Assembly: GCA_032128375.1 (NCBI GenBank)
Contig: JAQBGU010000140.1
Span: 1-47,340 of the forward strand
Reading direction: 5' to 3'
Source: Deltaproteobacteria bacterium
GTDB lineage: Bacteria; Myxococcota_A; UBA9160; SMWR01
DNA length: 47,340 bases
Shown here: positions 38,495 through 47,340 of the stretch, in pieces
Layout of the letters: every line of letters begins with the position of its first letter
How positions within the stretch are numbered: the first letter of the stretch is position 1
The notes under the pieces: model-generated
Told to the model about the DNA's origin: nothing
Databases searched by the model: none
What the model saw: only the letters and a program-made list of their open reading frames with translations
Made by a program: the position numbers and the translations under genes

Positions 38495-40621
38495 GTGAGT
38501 ATCGGAATTACCCGGCGGGATCTGGCGTTCGGGCTCTCCGTGTCTCTCGTGATGACCGGACTGGCCTGGGCGCTCCTGTCCGTGGCTCGACTCTATCCCC
38601 ACTACTTCATGTGGGACATGGATCTCACGGTTACCCTGGACTCGCTGCTGATCCACAGCGGCCTGATGCCCGATCACATCAACCACACGAGCTTCGGGAT
38701 GTACCTGCTGCTGCGGATCACGCAGAGCGTCGCCCGGACCTTCGACGTGATCTCGGCTCTCACCCTGGGCGACCTGTCCGCGTCGCTGAATCCGATCAGC
38801 GGCGTGGTGGAGCTGACCGACTTCATCCGACTGCACTCGCCGGTGATCGCTCTCGCCATGGTGGCGATGCTGTGGGCTGCGCTTTGCATCCTGTTCCGCC
38901 CGTCGCGTGTCGCGGGCGTGTTGGTCCTGGCGGTGCTTGCCAGCCAGGCGTCGCTCCTCCATCACGCGACCATGATCCGCTCCGAGTTCTACGCGATCTT
39001 CTTCTGGGCGGGAGCTGTCCTGATGTTGGCGATTGCGCTCCGCGCAAGCCGCCCCGCGGCGACGACGCTGGCCCTGCTGGCGGCAGGCGTGTTGCTGGGA
39101 CTCTGCTTCCAGACCAAGATCCAGGCGGTCTTCCTGGTGGCCGTCTTCCCGGTGTTGTTGCTGCTGGGGATCACTCTCGCCTCCGGCGCGTGCCTGGAAG
39201 CCCTCGAACCTGGCGCTGAGCGGCGCCGCGCGCGGCGCTCGCTTTGCGCCGGGGCCGTGAACGCCATCGCATTTCCGCTGCTCCTGATCGCTGCGGGCCG
39301 CACGACACTCCCGGAGAAGATGGGTGTCTTCGAGTACTACGATCGGGCCGCCGGCCACACGGGCCTGGCTCCGTACGCGCTGCTGCTCGGAGTCGTGCTG
39401 GTGGCGATCTTCGCCATCCAGCTGTTGCTGGTGAGGCGACCGAGCCGCGACACCTCGTTGTTCCGGTTCCTGGGTCTATTGAGCTGGCTCGCCCTGGGAT
39501 TCCACCTCTCGCTATTGCTCCACTTCCTGATCTTCTCCGACCCGGGCCAATCACTCCGGTACCTGCTCTACGACGTCGTGCTGTTGTTCTTCCGGGGCAC
39601 TTACCGTGAGGTGCCGGGCCTTGGCGAATTGCTCGAGAGCGCCTGGACGATCGTCCGTTTCCAACCGGTGGTATTCCTGGCGCACTTCGCGCTGCTGGGG
39701 CTGCTGCTCCTGGGACGCCAGCGCGGTTGGATCCGTCTCACGCTGGGACAGCTGGCGCTGCTCCTGGCGGCATCTGGGTTCGCGGTGCTGCAAGTCGTGT
39801 TCGGCACGCGACCGCTGTTGCGCGACCAGATATTCGTCGAGGTGCTCTTCGACACCCTCACGATCCTATTCGCCATGGTGATCGCGGATCGCGCGGTGCG
39901 CAGGAGCCCCAGCCTGCGCCGGGTGGCCGGCGGGATCCTGATCGGGGTGGTGGCGTCCAATCTCGTGCACGCGAGCCGGATCGTGGGGGAACTCGACGCC
40001 GAGCGCAGCGACTACGGCTGGCGAGAGAATCTCTGGTTCGCGGCCGTGTACCCGGGCAACCAGAAGCAATACAGCAAGCTCATGCATCGGGCGTATCCGC
40101 CTCGCAGTCCCCAGCGCCAGCTGGCAGGTCGGGTGGCGCGCGATCACCGGAAGATCCGCCGGACCGTCGGCTTCGTGTTCGGGAACCAGACCGTCACCCA
40201 TCGCAACATCGGGGTGCTCGCTCCCGGTTTCCCGGTCTGGGCCGAGGATCGCGACTGGAGGCTCTCGGAGCTGCCTCCCGGCCTGGACGGCTCGATCGTG
40301 GTGGACAACGCCCGGATTCCCACTCGTGCACACGGCGGATTCGCTCCGGACGACGTGAACCAGCTGACCCATGCTGGCGGGCTGCCGCCGGATCACATTG
40401 CCGTGCTGGGCCGCCGCGATCTGGGCGTCTACCTGTTCGTGGAGCCTGACGACCTGCCGGCGATCCAGGGCTCGACGCTTCGCCCGGTGCCCGGTGCCCG
40501 GATCGAGCTTCAGCGGGGCGAGGAGACTCTCGAGCTGATCGGTCTGCGGGTAATCGATTACACCGAGGTCGAAAGCGACCGGCTCCGCGGTCGCTACTTC
40601 TTCGTCATCCAGTCGTCTTAG
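38495..40621 (+). CDS. Large polytopic membrane protein (possible GT-C glycosyltransferase)
   Basis: 708 aa; WDMD loop after TM1, RSE motif, more than 12 hydrophobic segments, soluble C-terminal domain; last gene of the sugar operon. Confidence 0.6.
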   Translation: MSIGITRRDLAFGLSVSLVMTGLAWALLSVARLYPHYFMWDMDLTVTLDSLLIHSGLMPDHINHTSFGMYLLLRITQSVARTFDVISALTLGDLSASLNPISGVVELTDFIRLHSPVIALAMVAMLWAALCILFRPSRVAGVLVLAVLASQASLLHHATMIRSEFYAIFFWAGAVLMLAIALRASRPAATTLALLAAGVLLGLCFQTKIQAVFLVAVFPVLLLLGITLASGACLEALEPGAERRRARRSLCAGAVNAIAFPLLLIAAGRTTLPEKMGVFEYYDRAAGHTGLAPYALLLGVVLVAIFAIQLLLVRRPSRDTSLFRFLGLLSWLALGFHLSLLLHFLIFSDPGQSLRYLLYDVVLLFFRGTYREVPGLGELLESAWTIVRFQPVVFLAHFALLGLLLLGRQRGWIRLTLGQLALLLAASGFAVLQVVFGTRPLLRDQIFVEVLFDTLTILFAMVIADRAVRRSPSLRRVAGGILIGVVASNLVHASRIVGELDAERSDYGWRENLWFAAVYPGNQKQYSKLMHRAYPPRSPQRQLAGRVARDHRKIRRTVGFVFGNQTVTHRNIGVLAPGFPVWAEDRDWRLSELPPGLDGSIVVDNARIPTRAHGGFAPDDVNQLTHAGGLPPDHIAVLGRRDLGVYLFVEPDDLPAIQGSTLRPVPGARIELQRGEETLELIGLRVIDYTEVESDRLRGRYFFVIQSS

Positions 40622-41858
40622 GTTTTCGAGGCGGGCCCTGGCGCTCGTAGCGAGCGCGCTGGAAGGTGGGGCAGGCGGAGTCGGCGGGAATCTCGTCCAG
40701 CGGCACCGACACCATCTCGGGGGTGATGCCGAGCTTCTCGGCGGCAGGCCGCAGCACCTCCAGGTCGAAACCATAGAGCGCGGCGGCGTTTTCGCCGAGC
40801 ATCATGCGCACCTCGACCGGGTCCACGTCCGAGAAGGCGAGCCGCATGTTCTCGCGTGAGTAGGGGTAGCAGCCTTCATAGTGCGGGTAATCGTTGCCCC
40901 ACAGGATGCGGTCCACGCCCACCACGTCGCGTCCCTTCACGTCCTGGGGCGAAGGGAAGCTGGCCCCGTACCAGCAGTTGCGCCTGGCGTAGAAGCTGGG
41001 CGTTTCCTTCAGGGTCTTGGACTTCGAGTAGTCGACCTCTCCCATCATGCCCATCTTCATGCCCACGTGCAGTGCGTCCATGCGCCGCAGCAGGCCCGGC
41101 GCCCAGGCGCAGCCCGACTCGGTGAGAATGAAACGTAGCTTCGGGAAGCGCTCGAACACGCCCCCCAGGATCAGCTGGCAGTAGCCTCGCTGGATGAAGA
41201 ACGGCATTTCCAGCACCCACAGGGCGTCTGCGCCCTGGTCGTTGCCGTAGCCGGGGGAACCCTGGCCCGAGTGCTGGTTCACCACCAGGTCGTGGTCCTG
41301 GATCACCGCCCACAGCCGGTCGTAGTCCGGCGAGTTCAGCGGCTTCAGGTGCACGTCGTCCGGCGCGGGCAGGGGCAGCAGCACGCCGCCCCGCAGGCCG
41401 TTCTCGGCGATCCACTTCACGTCCTCGATGGCGTCGCCCACGTCGTTCAGATGGATCAGGCCAATGCCCGCGCGGCGTTCCGGCTCTTCTGCGCAGAACT
41501 CGGCCAGCCAGCGGTTGTGGGCCTGGGTCCCGGCGCGCCAGCGTGGATAGTTCTCGGGGCTCGGCGGCGGCGACACGTGGAAGGCCTTGTCGTAGAAAGG
41601 CGGCACGGTGTTGGGGAAGATCACCTCTCCCACCACGCCGTCGCTCTCCAGATCGACCCGGCGCTCCGCCGAATCCCAGTTCTTGGTCTTCTTGCCGCCG
41701 ACGTGTTTCTTGGACGGGTTCTTGTAGCCCGTGCGCCATTCGTCAAAGGGGCCGCGCAGCCCGGGATCCAGGTACTCGCGATACATCTCGATGGAGGCGC
41801 CGGCATGGGTGTCGGCAGTGACGGTCACGTACGGCCGCTGGGGATCGGTAGGGGTCAC
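40605..41858 (-). CDS. Amidohydrolase family protein
   Basis: ADTHAG, DGVVGEVIFPN, AHNRWLAEFC, QHSG, GVFERFPKL, TESG, WGNDYPHYEG. Confidence 0.9.
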   Translation of the reverse strand: MTPTDPQRPYVTVTADTHAGASIEMYREYLDPGLRGPFDEWRTGYKNPSKKHVGGKKTKNWDSAERRVDLESDGVVGEVIFPNTVPPFYDKAFHVSPPPSPENYPRWRAGTQAHNRWLAEFCAEEPERRAGIGLIHLNDVGDAIEDVKWIAENGLRGGVLLPLPAPDDVHLKPLNSPDYDRLWAVIQDHDLVVNQHSGQGSPGYGNDQGADALWVLEMPFFIQRGYCQLILGGVFERFPKLRFILTESGCAWAPGLLRRMDALHVGMKMGMMGEVDYSKSKTLKETPSFYARRNCWYGASFPSPQDVKGRDVVGVDRILWGNDYPHYEGCYPYSRENMRLAFSDVDPVEVRMMLGENAAALYGFDLEVLRPAAEKLGITPEMVSVPLDEIPADSACPTFQRARYERQGPPRKPKTTG

Positions 41859-42009
41859 GAGGGCTCCTTGGAAATGGCTCCGCCCCCCCTTTTCTCGCAC
41901 AGTCGGGCCCTCTCGGCAAAGCCGTGTAAGGGGCAGATCGCCCCCTGCGTGTTTCTAGCTGAGTCCGGTCGGGCCCTTGGCTCATCTGGCGGTCGTGGCC
42001 CTTCCACCT

Positions 42010-42061
42010 GGTTGGCGGCTCAGAAGAGACCTTCGGGTTGGCCGCTCAGAAGAGACCTTCG
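42010..42061. repeat. 26-bp tandem duplication covering the fhs 3' end
   Basis: GGTTGGCGGCTCAGAAGAGACCTTCG (42010-42035) / GGTTGGCCGCTCAGAAGAGACCTTCG (42036-42061), 25/26 identical. Confidence 0.9.
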
Positions 42062-43722
42062 ATCTCGCCGTCTTCGCTGATGCCGATCTGGTTGGCCGCG
42101 GGCACCCGGGGCAGTCCGGGCATGGTCATGATCTCACCGCAGATCACCACGATGAACTCCGCGCCCGCCGAAAGGCGCACCTCGCGGATCGGCACGGTGT
42201 GGCCCGAGGGCGCTCCCTTGAGTGTGGGGTCCGTGGAAAAGCTGTATTGGGTCTTGGCCATGCAGACCGGGAAGTGCCCGTACCCGGATTGCTGGAATTT
42301 CTTGATCTGGTTGCGGATCTTCTGGTCGGCGATGACGTCGCCGGCCTCATAGATGTGGGTGGCCACTGACTTGATCTTGTCCCAGAGTGGCAGGTCGTCG
42401 TGGTAGAGCGGCGCGAACTGGGTATTCTCGCTGGCCACCAGGTTCACCACGTGCTTGGCCAGGGTTTCCGTTCCCGCACCGCCGTCGGCCCAGTGGGACG
42501 CCACGATTGCCTCGGTTCCATGCTCGCCGGCGGTCGTTCGCACGGCTGCAAGCTCCGCCTCCGTGTCCTCGGTGAACCGGTTGATGGCGACCACGGTGGG
42601 CACTCCGAAGGTTTTCACATTGCGAAGGTGCCGCGCCAGGTTGGAACAGCCCTTGCGAACCGCTGCCACGTTCTCGCGCTGCAGCTCCCTTGCGGGAACG
42701 CCCCCCTGCATCTTGAGGGCGCGCACCGTCGCCACCAGCACGGCGGCGGCTGGCCGCAGCCCCGCCTTCCGGCACTTGATGTTGAAGAACTTCTCGGCGC
42801 CCAGATCGGCGCCGAACCCGGCCTCTGTCACTACGTAGTCGGCCAGCTTGAGCGAGGCCTTGGTGGCCACCACGGAGTTGCAGCCGTGGGCGATGTTGCC
42901 GAAGGGGCCGCCGTGCACCATGGCCGGATTGTTCTCGAGCGTCTGCACCAGATTCGGCTCCAGGGCATCCTTGAGCAGCACTGTCATCGCCCCATCCGCC
43001 GACAGGTCCTTCGCGGTGATGGGCTTTCCCTCGCGCGTGTACCCGATCACGATGTTGCTCAGGCGACGCTGCAGGTCCTTGAGATTCTCGGCCAGACAGA
43101 AGATCGCCATCACTTCGGAGGCCGGCGTGATGTCGTAGCCGTCCTCGCGGGGGTACCCGTTGCCCAGGCCGCCCAGGGAGACGGTGATCTGTCGCAAGGC
43201 CCGGTCGTTCATGTCCACGACCCGCCGCCACGAAACACGCCGGGGATCGATGCCGAGCTCGTTGCCCCAGTTGATGTGATTGTCGATCAGGGCGGCCAGC
43301 AGGTTGTTTGCGGCCCCGATGGCGTGAAAGTCGCCGGTGAAGTGGAGGTTGATGTCCTCCATGGGCACCACCTGGGCGTAGCCGCCGCCAGCGGCGCCGC
43401 CTTTCATGCCGAAGCAGGGTCCCAGGCTGGGTTCGCGCAAACACACCATCGCCTTCTTGCCGATCCGGCACAGGCCATCCGTCAGGCCTACCGACGTGGT
43501 GGTCTTGCCCTCGCCGGCAGGCGTAGGTGAGATGGCGGTGACGAGGATCAGCTTTCCGTCGGGTAGCCCGGCCCGGGTTTGGAGGAACTCGGCACTGACC
43601 TTGGCCTTGGTCCGCCCATAGTGTGAGAGTGCGTCACCGGGGATTCCCAGCCTCGCGGCCACCTCGTCGATGGGCAGCATCGTCGCTTCGCGGGCGATCT
43701 CGATATCAGTCTTTGCTGTCAT
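42046..43722 (-). CDS. fhs: Formate--tetrahydrofolate ligase
   Basis: [61 protein letters not shown] terminus. Confidence 0.97.
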   Translation of the reverse strand: MTAKTDIEIAREATMLPIDEVAARLGIPGDALSHYGRTKAKVSAEFLQTRAGLPDGKLILVTAISPTPAGEGKTTTSVGLTDGLCRIGKKAMVCLREPSLGPCFGMKGGAAGGGYAQVVPMEDINLHFTGDFHAIGAANNLLAALIDNHINWGNELGIDPRRVSWRRVVDMNDRALRQITVSLGGLGNGYPREDGYDITPASEVMAIFCLAENLKDLQRRLSNIVIGYTREGKPITAKDLSADGAMTVLLKDALEPNLVQTLENNPAMVHGGPFGNIAHGCNSVVATKASLKLADYVVTEAGFGADLGAEKFFNIKCRKAGLRPAAAVLVATVRALKMQGGVPARELQRENVAAVRKGCSNLARHLRNVKTFGVPTVVAINRFTEDTEAELAAVRTTAGEHGTEAIVASHWADGGAGTETLAKHVVNLVASENTQFAPLYHDDLPLWDKIKSVATHIYEAGDVIADQKIRNQIKKFQQSGYGHFPVCMAKTQYSFSTDPTLKGAPSGHTVPIREVRLSAGAEFIVVICGEIMTMPGLPRVPAANQIGISEDGEIEGLF

Positions 43723-44086
43723 GGTTCGCAGGGTCCTCCAATCGCTCGATGGGCCCAGCGGTGGGCACTCCGGCGGTCGTTCGAGTCTGGGGAATGCCGC
43801 GGGCCGCTGCGCCCCGCACCAGCATCTGGGTGCTGATGGGAACCGTGAGCAGCACGAACAGGATGAGGAGCACCTTCTCGAGCCAGAAGGCGGCGTCGCG
43901 CCCCCCGTACATGAGGATCGATCCGCAAGCGGCAATCAGCAGCCCCAGGGTGGCAGCCTTCGTGGGCGCATGGGCGCGGGTGTAGAAGTCGGGCAGACGC
44001 AACAGCCCGATGGCGGCGCTGAGGAAGAAGAAAGAGCCCACCAGCGACAGCACAGCGCCCACGAACGGAATCACGCCTTCACTCAT
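43706..44086 (-). CDS. mnhG: Mrp/Mnh Na+/H+ antiporter subunit G
   Basis: [28 protein letters not shown]. Confidence 0.92.
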   Translation of the reverse strand: MSEGVIPFVGAVLSLVGSFFFLSAAIGLLRLPDFYTRAHAPTKAATLGLLIAACGSILMYGGRDAAFWLEKVLLILFVLLTVPISTQMLVRGAAARGIPQTRTTAGVPTAGPIERLEDPANHDSKD

Positions 44087-44336
44087 GGGGAAACTCGCCC
44101 TGACCCAGGAAGTACCCCAGTACGACGGTCGTCACGAACGTGAACAACGCCAACCCCAACGCCGCGTCTACGAGCATGCTCGTGTGCAGGAGCAGGGTCG
44201 CCATGACCAGAAGCGAGATCGTCTCCATGGCCAGTGCCCGGTCGAAGACGCTGGGACCCCGCCACGCCCGGATCATCACCAGCAAGGCCGAGAATGCCAG
44301 GATGCCCAGGCTCAGGCTGTGGATCGCGTCGGTCAA
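44079..44336 (-). CDS. mnhF: Mrp/Mnh antiporter subunit F
   Basis: TTG start overlapping the mnhE stop; RAWRGPSVFDRALA; 85 aa with 3 TMs (tail of the shadow ORF 44079..46337). Confidence 0.88.
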   Translation of the reverse strand: MTDAIHSLSLGILAFSALLVMIRAWRGPSVFDRALAMETISLLVMATLLLHTSMLVDAALGLALFTFVTTVVLGYFLGQGEFPHE

Positions 44337-44830
44337 CTCGCCTCCATGGCGCGCAGGGGGACCTCGAATCGGGTGCGGATCCGCTCGAGCACCTGTTCCT
44401 CGTCGCGCAGGTCGAGGACGTGAAGGCTGATGCCGAAGCTGCCGTCCTCTCCGGCCGATTCCTCGTAGGTGAGACTCCCCGGGGTGAGCGTGATCATCAC
44501 GCCAAGCAGGGCCTGCATCCCCGGCGTTTCCAGCTCGCTGCGGTAGCGGATCCACCCGGGGCGGATGTCGATGCGGGGCGCCAACACGATGCGAAGCTGT
44601 TCCACATTCGCGACCACGAGTTCCCACAGGAAGTACGCAAACAGCTTCGAACCGGGCCGTGCCAAGCGCAGCGCGCGCACCAGCTGGAACGGCTTCCGGT
44701 TGGGGGTGCCCCCCAAACGCCAGATCAGCAGGCCGATGCCTGCGCCTACAGCGAAGGCGCTCCAGCCGATCTCGGCGGTGAGTCCCATCCACGCCAGGCC
44801 CGTCACGATCGGGATGAACAGGATCGACAT
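44333..44830 (-). CDS. mnhE: Mrp/Mnh antiporter subunit E
   Basis: WELVVAN, IRPG, ITLTPGSL, LHVLD. Confidence 0.92.
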   Translation of the reverse strand: MSILFIPIVTGLAWMGLTAEIGWSAFAVGAGIGLLIWRLGGTPNRKPFQLVRALRLARPGSKLFAYFLWELVVANVEQLRIVLAPRIDIRPGWIRYRSELETPGMQALLGVMITLTPGSLTYEESAGEDGSFGISLHVLDLRDEEQVLERIRTRFEVPLRAMEAS

Positions 44831-44854
44831 CAGGACACCTCCGCCACCAGAACC

Positions 44855-46348
44855 TCAGGGAGCCTCGTACAGCCGCTGATCGTAGTGGTCGCTGGACAGC
44901 ACCGCTTCGCGGTAGTCGCTGCCGTCGAGAAGCGCTTCGGCAGTGGCCATCGTGTACTGCTGGACCGGGCCGGCCGCGAAGCCGAGTGCCAGGATCAGGA
45001 CGAGCATGCAGAGCAGCGGTCCCGAACCCGACCGCGGTCGGGACACCACGGGTGTCTCGACGGGCGTGTGTTGGAACGCGAAGCGCCAGATCTTGAGCAT
45101 GCTTGCCAGGGTGAAGAGCGACGCCACCACCAGCAGCACCACTCCCGGCCAGGCGCCACTGTCGAGGGCGGCCTGGAAAACGCCAAGCTTGCCGAAGAAC
45201 CCGGAGAACGGGGGCATGCCCGCCAGGGAGAAGGCCGCGACGACGAAGCACGCGGTGAGTCCCGCGTCTGCTGCGAGCTGGAAATCCATCCGGCGCAGAT
45301 CGCGGCTCGCGTTGCGTCGTTCGAGTTCGTCGGCAACCAGGTACAGGGTCGATTTCACCAACGAGTGGTGCACGGCGAAAAACGTGGCACCCGCCACACC
45401 CGCGGGGCTCGCGAGCCCCAGTGCCAGCACCATGTAACCGACCTGGGACACGCTGTGGAACGAGAGCAGCCGGCGCATCTCGTACTGGGAGAGGGCAGCC
45501 AGCACAGCCAGCAGCGCCGAGATTCCGCCGATCCAGACGAGCGACTGGGCCAGCAGCGGGTCGAGTACCACGAGCGGAAGGATCCGGAGCAGAGCGTAGA
45601 CGCCGAGCTTCGTCATGATCCCGGCGAACAGGGCCGCCAGCGGTGCCGACAGCGTGGGGTAGGTGGCCGGCATCCAGAAGCACAGGGGCACCAGGGCCGC
45701 CTTGGTGGCGAAGGCCACCATCAGCAACGCGAGGGCCACGCGTCGCAGGTCTTGGGGGGCGTTGCCGAGACTGCGCGAGAGGTCCGCCAGGTTGACGGAC
45801 CCAGCCACTCCGTAGAGCAGGCCCAGCCCTGCCAGGAAGAGCAGCGAGGCCACGAGATTCACGACGACCGCGGGCAGCGTGGCGGCAAGCGAGCGCCGGG
45901 TGCCGGGGACCTGGAGCAACAGGTAGGAGGTTGCCAGCACCAGCTCGAACATCACGAAGAGATTGAACAGATCCGCTGTGAGAAATCCCCCGAAGAGTCC
46001 CGTGGACAGCAGGAGCAACAAAGGGTGGGAACGCTGTACGACCAGGTCGCCGTGGACTGCGGGGCGCAGGGCCGAAAGTGTCACCAACAGCAGGACAGCG
46101 TGCAGGCCGATGAAGAGCGCGGAGAGCCGGTCCGCGGCGAAGGCGATTCCGTAAGGGGGGCGCCAGCCGCCGAAAGCGTGAACGATCACGGTGCCGTCGG
46201 ACGTGGCGTGGAGGAGCTGGAGCGCGAGTGCCAGGATCACGCCACCGACGCCCAACGCCGCTGCGCGCGATGCCCTCGCGGAAGGTTGAGCGAGCCACAG
46301 CGCTACTGCCGCCAGACCCGGCAGCGCGAACAGCCACACCATGTTCAC
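44855..46348 (-). CDS. mnhD: Mrp/Mnh antiporter subunit D
   Basis: GGWRPPYGIAFAADRLS, DLFNLFVMFE, KAALVPLCFWMP, TKLGVY, AGMPPFSGFFGK; GTG 46348 (or ATG 46342). Confidence 0.93.
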   Translation of the reverse strand: MNMVWLFALPGLAAVALWLAQPSARASRAAALGVGGVILALALQLLHATSDGTVIVHAFGGWRPPYGIAFAADRLSALFIGLHAVLLLVTLSALRPAVHGDLVVQRSHPLLLLLSTGLFGGFLTADLFNLFVMFELVLATSYLLLQVPGTRRSLAATLPAVVVNLVASLLFLAGLGLLYGVAGSVNLADLSRSLGNAPQDLRRVALALLMVAFATKAALVPLCFWMPATYPTLSAPLAALFAGIMTKLGVYALLRILPLVVLDPLLAQSLVWIGGISALLAVLAALSQYEMRRLLSFHSVSQVGYMVLALGLASPAGVAGATFFAVHHSLVKSTLYLVADELERRNASRDLRRMDFQLAADAGLTACFVVAAFSLAGMPPFSGFFGKLGVFQAALDSGAWPGVVLLVVASLFTLASMLKIWRFAFQHTPVETPVVSRPRSGSGPLLCMLVLILALGFAAGPVQQYTMATAEALLDGSDYREAVLSSDHYDQRLYEAP

Positions 46349-46737
46349 CGGGTGTGCTCCCGTCCCTCGAATTCGGCGAGGAGTTCTTCGGGGGTGCGGC
46401 CGACGTCTGATTCCGGCGCGGGGGCGATCTCCGGCGCGCCCCCCTTTCGCGTATGCACGGCCATGGCGACCAGCAGGTACACGCTGAACGCCATCGAGAT
46501 CACGATGGCTGTGAGCACGAAAGCCTGGGGCACCGGGTCGGTGACCTCCTGGGGCTCCAGGTTCCACGTCACAATGGGGGCGTGCTCTCCCCAACGTCCC
46601 GCCGCCAGCACCAGGAAGTTCACCGCGTGGCTCAGGCAGGCCAGGCCCAGCGCCACCCGCAGCAGACTGCGGTGCAGCAACAGGAAGACGCCCACCGTGG
46701 CCAGCAGGAAGACCGCCAGCGCGACCACGGGCAGCAC
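46345..46737 (-). CDS. mnhC: Mrp/Mnh antiporter subunit C
   Basis: LSHAVN, DPVPQAFVLTAIVI. Confidence 0.93.
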   Translation of the reverse strand: MLPVVALAVFLLATVGVFLLLHRSLLRVALGLACLSHAVNFLVLAAGRWGEHAPIVTWNLEPQEVTDPVPQAFVLTAIVISMAFSVYLLVAMAVHTRKGGAPEIAPAPESDVGRTPEELLAEFEGREHTR

Positions 46738-46738
46738 G

Positions 46739-47173
46739 TTACCCGCCCTCCCCGGGCCGTGCGGGTGTTTCCCACAGCCACAGGGCGGCGGCGCTGAGAC
46801 CCCCGCCGACGATCATCACGACCCCCACCTCGAACAGCAGCGTCGTCTGCCACTTCCATGCGAGGGGGCCCAGCTGAAACACTCCGTGGCGGTGGGCGAG
46901 CCCGGCATCGCCGAGCAGCAGCGGAAGCACCAGGCTCGCCATGACGACGATTGCTCCCAGCAGCGCCACCCGGTCGGGCTCGGCGGGAATGGCGCCGTGG
47001 AAGCGGCGCGCGCCGTAGCTGGTGAACCCCAGGATTCCGGCGATGGCGAACGCGAGTCCGCCCACGAAGCCGCCACCGGGGGAGTCGTGCCCCTTCAGGA
47101 GGAACGCCAGGCCCACCAGGATCGCAAAGGGCAGGATCACGCGCGCAAGCTGTTGCAGCAGAAAGCTCTTCAA
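46739..47173 (-). CDS. mnhB: Mrp/Mnh antiporter subunit B
   Basis: GHDSPGGGFVGG, LLFEVGV. Confidence 0.92.
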   Translation of the reverse strand: MKSFLLQQLARVILPFAILVGLAFLLKGHDSPGGGFVGGLAFAIAGILGFTSYGARRFHGAIPAEPDRVALLGAIVVMASLVLPLLLGDAGLAHRHGVFQLGPLAWKWQTTLLFEVGVVMIVGGGLSAAALWLWETPARPGEGG

Positions 47174-47340
47174 CGCTCCACCTCGCCATCCGCCTGGCGC
47201 GCGGGAATCTCGCGACCCCGCAGCAGCGCCAGCGTGCCAAGGGCTGCCACCAGGACGACCAGCGTCTCCACCAGGGTGTCGAGCCCCCGGAAGTCGGACA
47301 GCACCAGGTTCACCAGGTTCTGGCCCCTGGCGATGGCAGG
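47170..47340 (-). CDS. mnhA: Mrp/Mnh antiporter subunit A, C-terminal part (partial)
   Basis: My translation: PAIARGQNLVNLVLSDFRGLDTLVE...ER*; NxVNxxLxDFRGxDT motif; stop overlaps the mnhB start. Confidence 0.88.
   Translation of the reverse strand, partial: PAIARGQNLVNLVLSDFRGLDTLVETLVVLVAALGTLALLRGREIPARQADGEVER

Noticed and set aside
44337..46337. N-terminal 667 aa of ORF 44079..46337
   Set aside because: Alternate frame of mnhD/mnhE; only the last 85 aa are real (mnhF).

Overview
GC-rich bacterial window of about 47 kb, gene-dense, with no rRNA, tRNA, CRISPR array or intact transposase/integrase that I could recognise. Gene content (F420-type LLM oxidoreductase, P450, amidohydrolase, DUF4124 proteins, GT-C membrane proteins) is reminiscent of Myxococcota/deltaproteobacteria-like lineages, but that is inference only. 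Left part: CDF transporter, pyk, a selenocysteine-containing selD (in-frame TGA plus SECIS-like hairpin, truncated in the ORF track), sigma54-driven amtB-glnK, secreted/membrane proteins, hybrid kinase, P450, MBL-REC fusion, gloA, a second CDF, Zn-ADH and an EEP hydrolase. Middle: a ~120 bp MITE-like element inside a heptamer microsatellite, VOC/XRE pair, a DsbA-like protein lacking CXXC, a SoxR-like MerR module with a 19-bp-spacer promoter, Cys-rich miniproteins, OprB porin and a YrhK-like gene + gad. Right part (apparently higher GC): flavin monooxygenase, LLM oxidoreductase, DUF1326/DUF2182, a lipid-linked glycosylation cluster (GT-C, ColD-like Lys-to-His enzyme, gmd, Fcl/ColC-like with probable ATC start, GT2, large membrane protein), amidohydrolase, and fhs coupled to the end of an mrp/mnh antiporter operon. 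All calls come from motif recognition by eye; no database searches were run.
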